Origin: Chloroflexota bacterium
GTDB lineage: Bacteria; Chloroflexota; Dehalococcoidia; UBA2979
Length of the DNA: 64,000 bases
Direction of reading: 5' to 3'
NCBI GenBank assembly: GCA_027593235.1
Contig: JAQCIU010000003.1
Coordinates: 1 to 64,000 of the forward strand
Shown: in pieces, positions 18,472 through 28,539 of the stretch
How the letters are laid out: the number at the start of each line of letters is the position of its first letter
Numbering within the stretch: the first letter of the stretch is position 1
Translations under genes and position numbers: made by a program
The notes under the pieces: generated by a model
Told to the model about the DNA's origin: nothing
Databases searched by the model: none
Seen by the model: only the letters and a program-made list of their open reading frames with translations

Positions 18472-20265
18472 ATGCAGGGCCACGAGCAAACGTTGATCGG
18501 CGAGCTTGCGATCGTCGTGGCGCTCGGCGTGCTTGCGGCGCTGATGCTGCACCGGGTGCGGCTGCCACCGGTGATCGGCTTCCTGATCTCCGGAGCGATC
18601 GCGGGGCCGCACGGACTGGCGCTGGTGGGCAGCAGCGAGGACATCGAGCTGATCGCCGAGATCGGCGTGATCCTGCTGCTGTTCGCGATTGGCCTCGAGT
18701 TTTCGCTGTCTCGGCTGCGCTACATCTGGCGCGCCGTTGCGATCGGCGGATCGCTGCAGGTGGGCGTGACGGTCCTCGCGACGTTCCTGGTGTTGATCGC
18801 GCTGGACGAAACGCCGCAACGGGCGGTGTTCTTCGGGCTGGTCGTCGCGCTGTCGAGCACGGCGATTGTGCTGCGCGCCCTCGATAGTCGTGGCGAGGTT
18901 GACGCTCCGCATGGCCGGTTCATCGTCGGGGCACTCATCTTCCAGGACCTGCTGGTGGTGCCGCTGACGCTGTTCGTACCGCTGCTGGCGGGCGGCGAGC
19001 AGGACGTGATGCGCGAGCTGGCGATCGCGATCGGCAAGGCGATCGCGGTGATCGTTGCGGCCGTGTTCGCGGCCCGCTTCGTGATCCCCCGCTTCTTCCG
19101 CCTCGTCGATCAGACCGGCAGCCGCGAGGTGTTCTTGCTGGCGGTGCTGTCGGTTGGGGTCGGTCTTGCCTGGGGGATGTCCGAGGTTGGGCTGTCGTTC
19201 GCCCTCGGCGCGTTCCTGGCGGGGCTGCTGCTGGCGGACACGGACTACACGCACCGCGCGGTCAGCGATGTGATCCCGCTGCGCGACGTGTTCACCAGCA
19301 TCTTCTTTATCTCGCTGGGGATGCTGCTCGATCCCGATGTCCTGGTGGACGACCCGCTCGTCGTGACGCTGATTGTCGTCGGGCTGTTGTTTGGGAAGGG
19401 GCTGATCGCATCGCTGTCGGCGATCGCGATGCGGTATCCGGCCCGGGCGGCGTGGGAGGTGGGGGTCAACCTGGCGCAGTTCGGGGAGTTCGGGTTCGTC
19501 GTGCTGACGCTCGGGCTCAGCGTCGGTCTGGCAACGGACGCCGAGGTGCAGACGCTGGTGAGCGCAGGTGTGCTGAGCATGGTGCTCTCACGGTTGGCGA
19601 TGGAGTTTTCGCCGAAGTTGCGCGCCGGGGAGGCGCTGCTCCGCCCTCTGGAGCGGTTGCTGCGCGCGCCGGGTATCGATGAGCCGGAGCCGGAGCACCG
19701 TGGACTGACCGATCACGTGGTCGTGGTGGGGTACGGGGTGGCCGGGCGGTTGCTGCGGCAGTCGCTGGCCGATGCGGAGGTACCGCACCTGGTGTTGGAG
19801 CTGAACGCCGATCGCGTGCGAGACGCGCGCGCGGCCGGGGCGCCGGTCTACTACGGCGATATCACCAGCACCGAGGCGCTGTCATACGCGCAGGTGCCCT
19901 ATGCGCGCGCGCTGGTGCTGCTGATCAACGACCCCGGCGCGGCGCGGCGGGCGGTGTCGGCGGCGCGCGCGGTCTGTCCGGTGACGCCGATCTTCGTGCG
20001 TACCCGCTACCTGGCGGACAGCGCGGAGCTGCGCGCCCTGGGCGCGAACGTCGTGGTTGCCGAGGAGTTGGAGGGCGGGACGGAGATGGCGGCGCACGTG
20101 CTGCACGACGGCGGCATGCCGGAGCGCGAGGTGCGACGGATCGTTGCGCGCGCCCTCGATCGGTTTCCCGGGGATGGGCGTATCGGCGAGACGCAGCACT
20201 GGCTGACGGCGGTTGATGAGGTCGACGAGGTTGATGAGCTTGAACCGGAAGCGGTGACGGAGTGA
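18472..20265 (+). CDS. CPA2 cation:proton antiporter with TrkA-N domain (Kef-like)
   Basis: GVILLLFAIGLEFS, LSSTAIV, LIFQD, LGAFLAG, FFISLGM, QFGEFGFV; VVVGYGVAG, YYGD. Confidence 0.92.
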   Translation: MQGHEQTLIGELAIVVALGVLAALMLHRVRLPPVIGFLISGAIAGPHGLALVGSSEDIELIAEIGVILLLFAIGLEFSLSRLRYIWRAVAIGGSLQVGVTVLATFLVLIALDETPQRAVFFGLVVALSSTAIVLRALDSRGEVDAPHGRFIVGALIFQDLLVVPLTLFVPLLAGGEQDVMRELAIAIGKAIAVIVAAVFAARFVIPRFFRLVDQTGSREVFLLAVLSVGVGLAWGMSEVGLSFALGAFLAGLLLADTDYTHRAVSDVIPLRDVFTSIFFISLGMLLDPDVLVDDPLVVTLIVVGLLFGKGLIASLSAIAMRYPARAAWEVGVNLAQFGEFGFVVLTLGLSVGLATDAEVQTLVSAGVLSMVLSRLAMEFSPKLRAGEALLRPLERLLRAPGIDEPEPEHRGLTDHVVVVGYGVAGRLLRQSLADAEVPHLVLELNADRVRDARAAGAPVYYGDITSTEALSYAQVPYARALVLLINDPGAARRAVSAARAVCPVTPIFVRTRYLADSAELRALGANVVVAEELEGGTEMAAHVLHDGGMPEREVRRIVARALDRFPGDGRIGETQHWLTAVDEVDEVDELEPEAVTE

Positions 20266-20765
20266 GCCGTCGCGGCGCGCAGCTCGGCCTGCTTGCGCTC
20301 TCGGCGGTGGTGATTGCGGCGTGTGGCGAGGCGGAACGTCCGGTGACGTCGCCGCTGGGGGACGGGGAGCTGCCGGCGGCGGTGACCGCGGCGGATGTTG
20401 TGGGCGTGGCGGTGACGGGTGACGCCGGCGCCTACACGTTCGCGGTAACGGTGGGCAGTCCGGACACGGGCTGTGAGCAGTACGCGGATTGGTGGGAGGT
20501 GGTGAGCGAGGACGGGACGTTGATCTACCGGCGCGTCCTGTTGCACAGCCATCCGACGGAACAGCCGTTCACGCGCAGCGGCGACGCGATGGCGATCACA
20601 GCCGCGGACGTCGTGATCGTTCGCGCGCACATGAACAACGGCGGCTATGGAGGCACCGTGCTCCGCGGATCCGTCAACAGCGGCTTCCGAGCGGAGCGGC
20701 TCGCGTTGAACTTCGCGCCGGAACTGGCCTCGCGACCGCCACTGCCGGAGGGCTGCGATGGCTGA
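20262..20765 (+). CDS. Conserved hypothetical lipoprotein
   Basis: Lipobox IAAC; SPDTGCEQYADWWEV, RVLLHSHPTEQPFTRS, RAHMN; GTGA overlap with the upstream gene. Confidence 0.75.
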   Translation: MSRRGAQLGLLALSAVVIAACGEAERPVTSPLGDGELPAAVTAADVVGVAVTGDAGAYTFAVTVGSPDTGCEQYADWWEVVSEDGTLIYRRVLLHSHPTEQPFTRSGDAMAITAADVVIVRAHMNNGGYGGTVLRGSVNSGFRAERLALNFAPELASRPPLPEGCDG

Positions 20766-20934
20766 GTTGCCCGCGTCGCGGTGCCGAGGGCGGTCTGGCG
20801 ACCTCGATCGGCGGCGATCCCCGGCGCCCATTACCACCGCCATATTGCGCCGCGTTGAGCAGAAGCGCCCGTAGGTAGAACCTGACAGAACGCACACCGA
20901 CCGATGCCGTGGGTGTCGGAAAAGGGGAAGTCTG

Positions 20935-21822
20935 ATGCGTATCGCGATGACTGGAAGCTCTGGGATGGTCGGGTTGGCGCTGTCGCGCCGGTTGGAGAGC
21001 GCGGGGCACGAGGTGGTGCGGATCCGCCACGGCGACGCGACGAACCCGAACGCCGAATGGAGTCCCGCCGATCAGTGGATCCGCGAGGGCGTGCTGAACG
21101 GGGTTGATGTGGTGGCGCACCTGGCAGGTGCGTCGATTGGCGATGGACGCTGGAGCGAGACCTACAAGCAGGAGTTGCGGACGAGCCGAATCGATGGTGC
21201 GCGACTGCTGGTGGAGACGATCCGCGGGATGAGCGAGCGGCCGCGGGCGTTCGTGAGCGCCTCGGCGGTGGGTTTCTACGGCGATCGCGGCGAGGAGCGC
21301 CTGACCGAGGACGCGGCGCGGGGGAGCGGGTTCCTGGCGGACCTCGTGAGCGACTGGGAGGCCGAGGCGGCGACGGCCGGCGAGCTGGGCCTGCGGGTGG
21401 CGATGGTGCGTAGCGGGGTAGTCCCGCGCAGCATGCTGCCGGCGCTGATCGTGCCGTTCAAGCTGGGGTTGGGCGGGAAGCTGGGCAGCGGGCGCCAATA
21501 CTTCGCCTGGATCGGACTGGACGATCTGGTGCGGATCTACGAGCACGCGATCACCAGCGACATCGCCGGCCCGATCAACGGCGTCGCTCCGCAGGAGATC
21601 ACCAACAGCGAGTTCACGAAAGACCTCGGTCGGGCGATCAAGCGTCCGACGTTGTTCCCGCTGCCCGGCTTCATGCTTGGGCTGATTATGGGCGGCGAGA
21701 AGGCGAAGGAAACGGGGCTGGTGAGCCAGCGTGTCGTGCCGCAGCGGCTGCTGGACGGCGGCTGGCAGTTCGAGGCCGGCACGCTGGCCGAGGCCTTGCC
21801 GGCGGAGCTGGCCGCGCTCTAG
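20935..21822 (+). CDS. TIGR01777 / YfcH-type NAD-dependent epimerase family protein
   Basis: MTGSSGMVG, HLAGASI, SASAVGFYGDRG, GFLA, FKLGLGGKLGSGRQY. Confidence 0.92.
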   Translation: MRIAMTGSSGMVGLALSRRLESAGHEVVRIRHGDATNPNAEWSPADQWIREGVLNGVDVVAHLAGASIGDGRWSETYKQELRTSRIDGARLLVETIRGMSERPRAFVSASAVGFYGDRGEERLTEDAARGSGFLADLVSDWEAEAATAGELGLRVAMVRSGVVPRSMLPALIVPFKLGLGGKLGSGRQYFAWIGLDDLVRIYEHAITSDIAGPINGVAPQEITNSEFTKDLGRAIKRPTLFPLPGFMLGLIMGGEKAKETGLVSQRVVPQRLLDGGWQFEAGTLAEALPAELAAL

Positions 21823-21876
21823 CGACCGGCCCGCGGCGGGTGGCCGGCCCTCGGGGGTGGCGCCAGGAGGTGCGCG

Positions 21877-22347
21877 GTGGGATTGCACCGCTTCGAGACC
21901 GTGCAGACGTTGCCGGTGGGTCTTGCCGCAGCGTGGGACTTCTTCTCCGATCCGAAGAACCTGGCGGTGATCACGCCGCCGGAGATGTCCTTCGAGGTGA
22001 CCTCACCGCTCCCGGAGCGGGTCTACGCGGGTCTGATGGTGACGTACCGGGTGAGGCCGCTGCTGCGGATCCCAGTGCAGTGGGTCACGGAGATCACGCA
22101 TGTGGACGAGGGGCGCTACTTCGTCGATGAGCAGCGGCTCGGCCCGTACCGCGTGTGGCACCACGAGCATCACTTCAGCGAGGTGGCGGGCGGCATCGAG
22201 ATGCGCGACATCGTTCACTACGCGGTGCCGCTTGGGCCGCTGGGTGATGTGCTCGATCGATTGGTGATCGGCAAGCGCGTCGAGGAGATCTTCGCGTTCC
22301 GGCGGCGGGTGCTGGAGCGGCGCTTTGGACAGCCGATCGTTCGCTAG
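21877..22347 (+). CDS. SRPBCC family protein
   Basis: AWDFFSDPKNLAVITPP, WVTEIT, FVDEQRLGPY..WHHEH, IFAFR. Confidence 0.88.
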   Translation: MGLHRFETVQTLPVGLAAAWDFFSDPKNLAVITPPEMSFEVTSPLPERVYAGLMVTYRVRPLLRIPVQWVTEITHVDEGRYFVDEQRLGPYRVWHHEHHFSEVAGGIEMRDIVHYAVPLGPLGDVLDRLVIGKRVEEIFAFRRRVLERRFGQPIVR

Positions 22348-22700
22348 CGTGCGTAGTGCGCGAACGCGCGGGTGACCAGGCCGTCGCCGTTGAAGAAGAA
22401 GACCTCGGCCGAGGGGCCGCGGTGCCCCTCGTAATAGAGCGTGATGCTGTCGACGCCGAAGAGCGTGGTCTCCAGGTCGAAGTGGAGGTTCGGCATCATG
22501 CCGAGCGCCTTCGTCCAGTAGGCGGCAACCGCCGGCTTGCCGGCGAGCGTGCCGCTGGGATCGCCGGTGATCGAGGGGATGACCGGCGAAGACATCTCGA
22601 AGTCCTCGGTGTAGTGGGCGAGGACGCGGGGGAGATCGTGGCTGTTCCAGGCCTCGATCCAGTCGCGCGCGAACTCGGCGGCGAAGGCGGCATCGAGCAT
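22344..22700 (-). CDS. SnoaL / NTF2-like protein
   Basis: WIEAWNSHDL..LAHY..DFEMSSP, YW..AL, GVDSITLYY. Confidence 0.85.
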   Translation of the reverse strand: MLDAAFAAEFARDWIEAWNSHDLPRVLAHYTEDFEMSSPVIPSITGDPSGTLAGKPAVAAYWTKALGMMPNLHFDLETTLFGVDSITLYYEGHRGPSAEVFFFNGDGLVTRAFAHYAR

Positions 22701-22835
22701 CGGATCTCCTCGGGAGCGGCGAACGCGCGGGTAGTGGCGCGATCGTAGCTGGCACGAGGCTGACGGTCGCCTGCCGCGGAGGGGGTGCCGAGGCGAGATC
22801 CGGCGCGGGAGTTGGCGGGCGGATCGAGGCGGGGG

Positions 22836-23342
22836 CTAGGGGTTCTCGACCTCGCAGTCGGCGCCCGGGAAGCTGTCGCCATCGCCGCCACCGGTGCAGT
22901 CATCGGTATCTGCGCCACCGTAGAGGGTGTCGACCTCGGTGCCACCGACGATGATGTCGTCGCCGGCGCCGCCGGAGAGCACGTCCGCGCCGGCGTCGCC
23001 GTTGATCAGATCGTCGCCTCCACCGCCGAGGATGCAGTCGTCGCCGCCACCACCGGAGATGTTGTCGTCGCCGGCGCTGCCGACGATCAGGTCGTTTCCG
23101 GCGGTGCCGTTGATGACGCCGGCGCCGCCGACGAGCGAGGTGATGGCGATGCCGGCGCAGATCGCCGGCTTGAGGTCATTGGGGACGATCGCCTGGGCCG
23201 AGGAGCTGGAGGAGGTGGCGGGGACGACGATCGCCGCCGCGGATCCGGTAATCCGGGTGGTGCCAGCGAACAGTACGAGCGCGGCAAGCAGGAGGACGGC
23301 GATCGCTTTCATCGTCGTTCGCCGGAGCCTACGCGGCCTCAT
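22836..23342 (-). CDS. Secreted RTX-type Ca2+-binding repeat protein (putative minor or tip fibre subunit)
   Basis: Signal peptide, [19 protein letters not shown], then repeated GGxGxD nonapeptides; start overlaps the stop of the peptidase gene (alternative start MKAI at 23312). Confidence 0.8.
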   Translation of the reverse strand: MRPRRLRRTTMKAIAVLLLAALVLFAGTTRITGSAAAIVVPATSSSSSAQAIVPNDLKPAICAGIAITSLVGGAGVINGTAGNDLIVGSAGDDNISGGGGDDCILGGGGDDLINGDAGADVLSGGAGDDIIVGGTEVDTLYGGADTDDCTGGGDGDSFPGADCEVENP

Positions 23343-25290
23343 CGTAGTAATAGTCACCGCGTTCGAAGCGCGAACCGGGGAGCACCTCATCCGCGACGTA
23401 GCGGTAGGTGAGATCGCCGTCGATCACGAAGTACTGGCCGCTGAGGTCGACGATGTTGTCGACGATTTCGGCCTGCTCGAGATCGGCCTGCGCGCCATCG
23501 ACGATGGCGAGCGCCTCTTCGTCACCGGCGAGGAACGATTCGATCAGGGCGCGCGGGTCGCGGCGCAGTGGGCTGTTGGGGTACGGAGCGCCCGGCTCGA
23601 TGTCCTGGCGGTGCCGGCCGGCGAGTGGCGGAGCGGCAGCGAGGATCGGCAAGCCTTCGCGCTCCGCGACGCGCACAAGATCGCCGAAGCGGGCGACGCG
23701 GAGTACGCGGTGGGTGGCGGGGATGCGATCCGACGCCACCTCGACCAGGAGGTGGTCGTAGCGGGAGTGGATGCGGGCACGTTCGCCGGCGCGGAAGGTC
23801 TGGTAGGTGATCAGGCCAAGCGTGGCCAGGCCGAAGCCACAGAAGATGAGGATGGTGACGGCGATCCGTGGGAAGTCGGTGTAGGCGATCTCCGTGCCGA
23901 AGAGCGGCAGCGTGACGGTCTTGCTGGTGGCGGTGAGGGTGGTGACGGTGCCGCCATCGAGGAGTTGCAGATCGCCGATGCGGTCATCGAACTGGAGCTG
24001 CAGGTCGGTGAGGCGGAAGCCTGAGGGGTGGACGACGTGGCGGCTGAAGGGCTGCCCGGCGAGTTCGCCCTCGATGGAGATGGTGGCGATCAGGCCCAGT
24101 TCGTAGATGTCCGAGGTGATGCCGGTGGCGGCCTCGAAATCGGCGATGATCGCGTCCACGGCGTCGAGATCGAGGACGCCGTTCAGTGCGGCGCTGTTCC
24201 CGGCGAAGAGCGTGGTTCGTTGGATTACCAGCGGCTGGCGCCAGCCGTTGGCGTGGCGTACCTCCGCGACCAGCTCGTAGGAGCCGGTGACGTTCTCCGG
24301 TTCGAACGCGGACTCGGACGCGACGGTGTACTCGTAGACGACTGGCAACTGCGAGGTGAGCGCGCGGAACACCGGTTGCGGTGGCGCGTCAGTAGTGTCC
24401 TGGAAAAGCTGGCCGGTCGCTTCCGGTCCGTAGCGCAGTTCACCCTGGATGCCGTAGGGGACGGCGGTGGTGGTGAGTTCCGTGCTGCCCTGGGTGCTGG
24501 TGACCAGTGGGAGCGCGATTGCGACGAGCATGATGGCCATCAGGATGGTGAGGAGCTGGCCACCCCACGGCCCGTAGTAGCTAAAGCGCCCGAGATCGAC
24601 GCCACCGGGGCCCTGGGGCGGACGACCGCTGGGCCCGACGGGTTCGAGCGAGCGGAGGAACGGCGCGGACAAGGGGGCACGCCGAGCGGACGGGCGTGCC
24701 CGAGGGCGACGCGGGGCCTCGGAACTGGTGCGCTCGCCACGGGGCATGTCGTCGTTCGACGAGCGGTTAGGCCGCCGTCGCCGCTGCTGCTGCTGATCGC
24801 CGGACTGAGTCATGATGCCCAGTCCAATCGCTCCGGTGATGAGGAGGGCGACGTTGCCGGGAGCCTGGAGGGCGCGAAGGGCAGCGCCGACACGCGGCAG
24901 AGTGCGGAAGCCCTCGCCGATGATGTCGTCGGGAGCGGGGTGATAGGCGTCCGCGGTGTTGCGGTTGTCGCCTTGAACGGTGAAGCGGCCGCCGTGATCG
25001 ATGGTGACACGGTGGAGGACGACGCCGAGGTTGGGATGGCGGTACGCGACGATGTCGCCGGGATCGTAGTCATTCCGCTGGCGCAGGAGCACGACGTCGC
25101 CGTGGTTGACGGTCGGCGCCATGGAGTCGCCCTGAATGAGTACGTAGGAGAAGTTGCCGCCGATCGAGGCTGGCGCGAAGCCGAGCCACAGGAGCAGCGC
25201 GGCCCCGAGCAGGGCGCCGCCGACGAGCGCGCCGCGCAGTGGGCGGCGGCCGACGGAGCGGAAGGCAGCAGGGCGAGTTCGCTGTCGCAC
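23329..25290 (-). CDS. SipW / ER-type (Ser-His) signal peptidase I fused to a large membrane-anchored extracellular domain (DUF5305-like)
   Basis: GDSMAPT..GDVV, GDIVAY, VLHRV, QGDNR...D; several TM segments bracket a beta-rich domain; GGAGG RBS before GTG. Confidence 0.85.
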   Translation of the reverse strand: MRQRTRPAAFRSVGRRPLRGALVGGALLGAALLLWLGFAPASIGGNFSYVLIQGDSMAPTVNHGDVVLLRQRNDYDPGDIVAYRHPNLGVVLHRVTIDHGGRFTVQGDNRNTADAYHPAPDDIIGEGFRTLPRVGAALRALQAPGNVALLITGAIGLGIMTQSGDQQQQRRRRPNRSSNDDMPRGERTSSEAPRRPRARPSARRAPLSAPFLRSLEPVGPSGRPPQGPGGVDLGRFSYYGPWGGQLLTILMAIMLVAIALPLVTSTQGSTELTTTAVPYGIQGELRYGPEATGQLFQDTTDAPPQPVFRALTSQLPVVYEYTVASESAFEPENVTGSYELVAEVRHANGWRQPLVIQRTTLFAGNSAALNGVLDLDAVDAIIADFEAATGITSDIYELGLIATISIEGELAGQPFSRHVVHPSGFRLTDLQLQFDDRIGDLQLLDGGTVTTLTATSKTVTLPLFGTEIAYTDFPRIAVTILIFCGFGLATLGLITYQTFRAGERARIHSRYDHLLVEVASDRIPATHRVLRVARFGDLVRVAEREGLPILAAAPPLAGRHRQDIEPGAPYPNSPLRRDPRALIESFLAGDEEALAIVDGAQADLEQAEIVDNIVDLSGQYFVIDGDLTYRYVADEVLPGSRFERGDYYYDEAA

Positions 25291-25299
25291 AACACCCTC

Positions 25300-25725
25300 C
25301 TACTGCTCCGCAATGACCGCGGTGAAGTTGTTGGTCGCCGTGGCGGTCAACTGGACGTTGGTGTTGGCGTTGGCGGGGGTGGTGTCGCACGAGATGTCAT
25401 GCGCGGGCGGTGCGCCACCGACGCGGGTGCACTGGTACCAATCGCCGCTGGCGTTCACGAATTCGACGAAGATCAGCAGCGAGACGTTGACGCCATCGCC
25501 ATTGTCGGCGGTCGCGGTGAAGGTGACGGTGTTCACGTTTGGCGGGTTGGTGGGATCGAGCGCGTAGTTGATGTTGGTCACGGTGAAGCCGGTGATGGTG
25601 GCGGCGCCTTCACCAGCGGAGGTCTGAGGGACGGTGTTCACGGCCGTGAACGCAGCACCCCCGACCGCGAAGATCGCGAGGGCGGTGATGAGTTGCAGTG
25701 GCCCGCGACGGAGCGCTCGGCGCAT
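25300..25725 (-). CDS. SipW-cognate secreted protein, TasA/pilin-like major subunit candidate
   Basis: AAGGAG RBS; signal ending GGA-AFTA; T/N/V-rich beta-type mature chain with one Cys pair; directly upstream of the SipW-type gene. Confidence 0.75.
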   Translation of the reverse strand: MRRALRRGPLQLITALAIFAVGGAAFTAVNTVPQTSAGEGAATITGFTVTNINYALDPTNPPNVNTVTFTATADNGDGVNVSLLIFVEFVNASGDWYQCTRVGGAPPAHDISCDTTPANANTNVQLTATATNNFTAVIAEQ

Positions 25726-25954
25726 CGACTCTCCTTGTCACGCCGCACGCGGAGCATGGTCGCCCGCGTTCACACGTGATTCGTCCGGTCCATGCTGACG
25801 TTTTCGGGCGCTCGCGGCGTCGGGGAAACCCCGTCATCACGGGAAGAATCGGCCCGTCAGGGGATTCGTGGGGCGAGCGCTACCATCACCCTCGATCCCG
25901 TGCTCCGATGCGAGGCGCGGAGCGGGGCTCAGCGCAGGGGAACCAGGCGGTCCG

Positions 25955-26671
25955 ATGCTTGAATTGCGCAACCCACACAGCGTGATCGCGGCCCTGGACA
26001 CGCGGCCGGGCGATGTCGCGCGGCTGGAACTACCGGCCGGTGGCGGCGGTCCTGCCTGGCGGCGCGCCGTTGAGCGCGCGGAACGGCTGGGGATCCCGAT
26101 CGGGACGCTCGAGGACCGTAGCCGCTCGGGCGGGCGCGAACGCGGCGCGATCGGACGGGTGGCGGAGCGCGCGCCCGTGCACCTGGATGAGCTGGTCGGC
26201 GGCGCTTCCGAGGGTGGGCTGTGGCTCGCCCTCGATTCCTTGCAGGACCCGCACAACGTGGGCGCGATCTTTCGGATCGCGGCGTTCTTTGGTGTGCGGG
26301 GCGTGCTGATGACGCGCGACCGCGCGGCGCCGATGAGCGGGGTGGTCTACGACGTGGCGAGCGGTGGCGTCGAGGCGGTGCCGTTCGCGGCGGAGACGAA
26401 TCTGCACCGGGCGCTGGGGATCGCGCGCGACGCAGGGATCTGGCTCCTCGGCAGCTCCGAGCATGCGCCGCGGGATGTCTACGAGATCCCGCGCGATCGC
26501 GCCTGGATGCTGGTGCTGGGCAACGAGGAGAACGGGCTACGACCGCGGACGTTGGAGGCGTGCGACGAGGCGGTACGGGTAAGCGCCGCCGAGGGCGCGA
26601 CGGTCACCTCGCTCAACGTCGCGAGCGCGGCAGCGGTGCTGATCGGCGCGCTGGCGCGACCGACCGGGTAG
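25955..26671 (+). CDS. SpoU/TrmH family RNA 2'-O-methyltransferase (RlmB-like)
   Basis: LDSLQDPHNVGAIFR, VLGNEENGLR, SLNVASAAAV. Confidence 0.92.
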   Translation: MLELRNPHSVIAALDTRPGDVARLELPAGGGGPAWRRAVERAERLGIPIGTLEDRSRSGGRERGAIGRVAERAPVHLDELVGGASEGGLWLALDSLQDPHNVGAIFRIAAFFGVRGVLMTRDRAAPMSGVVYDVASGGVEAVPFAAETNLHRALGIARDAGIWLLGSSEHAPRDVYEIPRDRAWMLVLGNEENGLRPRTLEACDEAVRVSAAEGATVTSLNVASAAAVLIGALARPTG

Positions 26672-26705
26672 CCCGCCCAGCGGCCCGGCCAGCTGCTACT
26701 GGGCG

Positions 26706-27920
26706 TCAGCGCAGGTCCAGGTCCTGGTGCAGTGCGATGAAGTCGATCGCGACGGCGTGCTGCGAGCGGCCGTTGACGAGGGCGTTCCAATCGCTGTGGC
26801 GCACACCCTGCATCGAGTGCAGCACGACGGGGATGCCGGCCGCGAGGTAGGCGTCGCGTACCTCGATGCCGCGGCTGTAGGGGACGACGCTGTCGTCGGT
26901 GCCGTGGAAGATGATGGTCGGCGCGTCGTTCGCGCTGATCCGCTCGCGACCGTCGTAGTAGCGCAGGGCGTTGACGGCCGAGAGGCTGCCCCAGTGATCG
27001 ATGACGGTGGCGACGCGCGCGGTGCGGCCGGGGTTCGTGGTGGCGAGCGTCCAGTCTTCCTCGAGGGTGAGTTCGTCACGGTAGTCGCCGTCATCGGAGG
27101 CGCCGAGGGCGAGCGCGGAGATGGCGCCGGCGGAGCCGCCCATGGCGGTGATGCGCTCGGCATCCAGATCGTAGGCGGCGGCGTTGGCGCGTACCCAGCG
27201 GATCGCGGCCTTCGCGTCGCGAATCGCGGGATACGCGGAGGTACTGCCTGACCAGTCGGTGGGGACGGTCCCGTAGTCGTCGGCGAGACGGTAGTTGATG
27301 GAGAAGGCGACCCAGCCACGCACGGCGTAGTAGCGGGCGGCATCGACGATGCCGCCGTTGAGCGAAGTCCCGCCGCGGAATGATCCGCCGTGGATGATGA
27401 CGATCGCGGGACGGGGCGTGGTCGCGGCAGCGGTGGGGCGATAGACGTCGAGCGTCAGGTCGACGGGCGTACCGGCGCCTACGCCGAGGGCGGTGTGGGT
27501 GAGCCCGCGCCCGTAGACCACGTTGCTGGTCACGCCGACGGTGAACTGTGCGTCGTGGTAAACGACCGGTGCGACCTCGACGCGTTCGCAGACCGCGAGA
27601 ATTGGACCAGCCGGCATCTCTCCTCCCGGATAGTGGGCGAGGTGGGCGACGTTGACAAAGTCTGGAGCGCCGACGAGGTACCCGACAGGGAACCCGCTGG
27701 GGAACGACCAGATGCTCTGAATACCGCAGCCGCCGGCTTTGGCAGCGCTGACGATATCGGTGGTGGCGCCGCCACTCCAGGTGACAAGCGCGACGCCGCC
27801 CTGTGGCGGCAGCTTCCCGGACAGTTCGCCCGCGGATGCGGTGCGGGTGGCGAGCAACGTCCCGGCAACAGCGAGGACGGCACCGATCGCGAGGGTGGCG
27901 AGACCATGGCGGGCAGACAT
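26706..27920 (-). CDS. Secreted esterase/lipase (alpha/beta hydrolase) with N-terminal PGAP-like module
   Basis: Signal peptide ending ASA; LDVYRP, IHGGSF, INYRL, GGSAG, FHGTDDSVV. Confidence 0.85.
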   Translation of the reverse strand: MSARHGLATLAIGAVLAVAGTLLATRTASAGELSGKLPPQGGVALVTWSGGATTDIVSAAKAGGCGIQSIWSFPSGFPVGYLVGAPDFVNVAHLAHYPGGEMPAGPILAVCERVEVAPVVYHDAQFTVGVTSNVVYGRGLTHTALGVGAGTPVDLTLDVYRPTAAATTPRPAIVIIHGGSFRGGTSLNGGIVDAARYYAVRGWVAFSINYRLADDYGTVPTDWSGSTSAYPAIRDAKAAIRWVRANAAAYDLDAERITAMGGSAGAISALALGASDDGDYRDELTLEEDWTLATTNPGRTARVATVIDHWGSLSAVNALRYYDGRERISANDAPTIIFHGTDDSVVPYSRGIEVRDAYLAAGIPVVLHSMQGVRHSDWNALVNGRSQHAVAIDFIALHQDLDLR

Positions 27921-28033
27921 CGTGGCGAGGTTAACAGGGACCCTCGGTGCACTCGTTAACTGGTTATGGCTGTCGCGTCCGACCGGACCCCCGGGCCGCA
28001 CCCACGATTCGGGCGGCGGTGTAGCCTCCGAGG

Positions 28034-28504
28034 ATGAAACGCCTCGGTCGGATCGCGCTGGTGCTGGCGCTGTGTCTTGCGGTGCCGGCTGCCGTGCTGG
28101 AGGCGGCCGCGTGGATCCTCGGGCGGCGTGCCACGCGGTCGAGGATCGCGCCGGGACGCCCGCTGCTGGTCTACGACAACGACTGTGGCCTTTGCACGAT
28201 CGTGGCGTTGTTCTGCCAGGCGCGCACGCCGGGGTTGGCCCTCGTTGGGTTTAGCGAGCTGCCGCGGGAGGGGATCCTCGAGTCGCTCGACTGGGAGGCA
28301 GTGCTGGCGAGCGCCCACCTGGTGACCGCCGACGGGGTCGAGTACCACGGGGGCGAGGCGGTGACGCAGCTCCTGCGGCTGGGCACCGTGGGGCCGCTGG
28401 TGGCGTGGCTGGACTGGCCGGTGCTGCGCGGGCTGCGGGAGATCGGCTACCGGCTGGTCGTCTGGCAGCGGGCGAGCATCTCGCGGGTGCTGCGGGCCGG
28501 CTGA
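28034..28504 (+). CDS. DCC1 / DUF393 thiol-disulfide oxidoreductase-like protein
   Basis: LVYDNDCGLC motif, GGEAV, GYRLV. Confidence 0.8.
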   Translation: MKRLGRIALVLALCLAVPAAVLEAAAWILGRRATRSRIAPGRPLLVYDNDCGLCTIVALFCQARTPGLALVGFSELPREGILESLDWEAVLASAHLVTADGVEYHGGEAVTQLLRLGTVGPLVAWLDWPVLRGLREIGYRLVVWQRASISRVLRAG

Positions 28505-28539
28505 GCGGCCAGCTGACCGACTAGCTGATCGGCGTGGCG

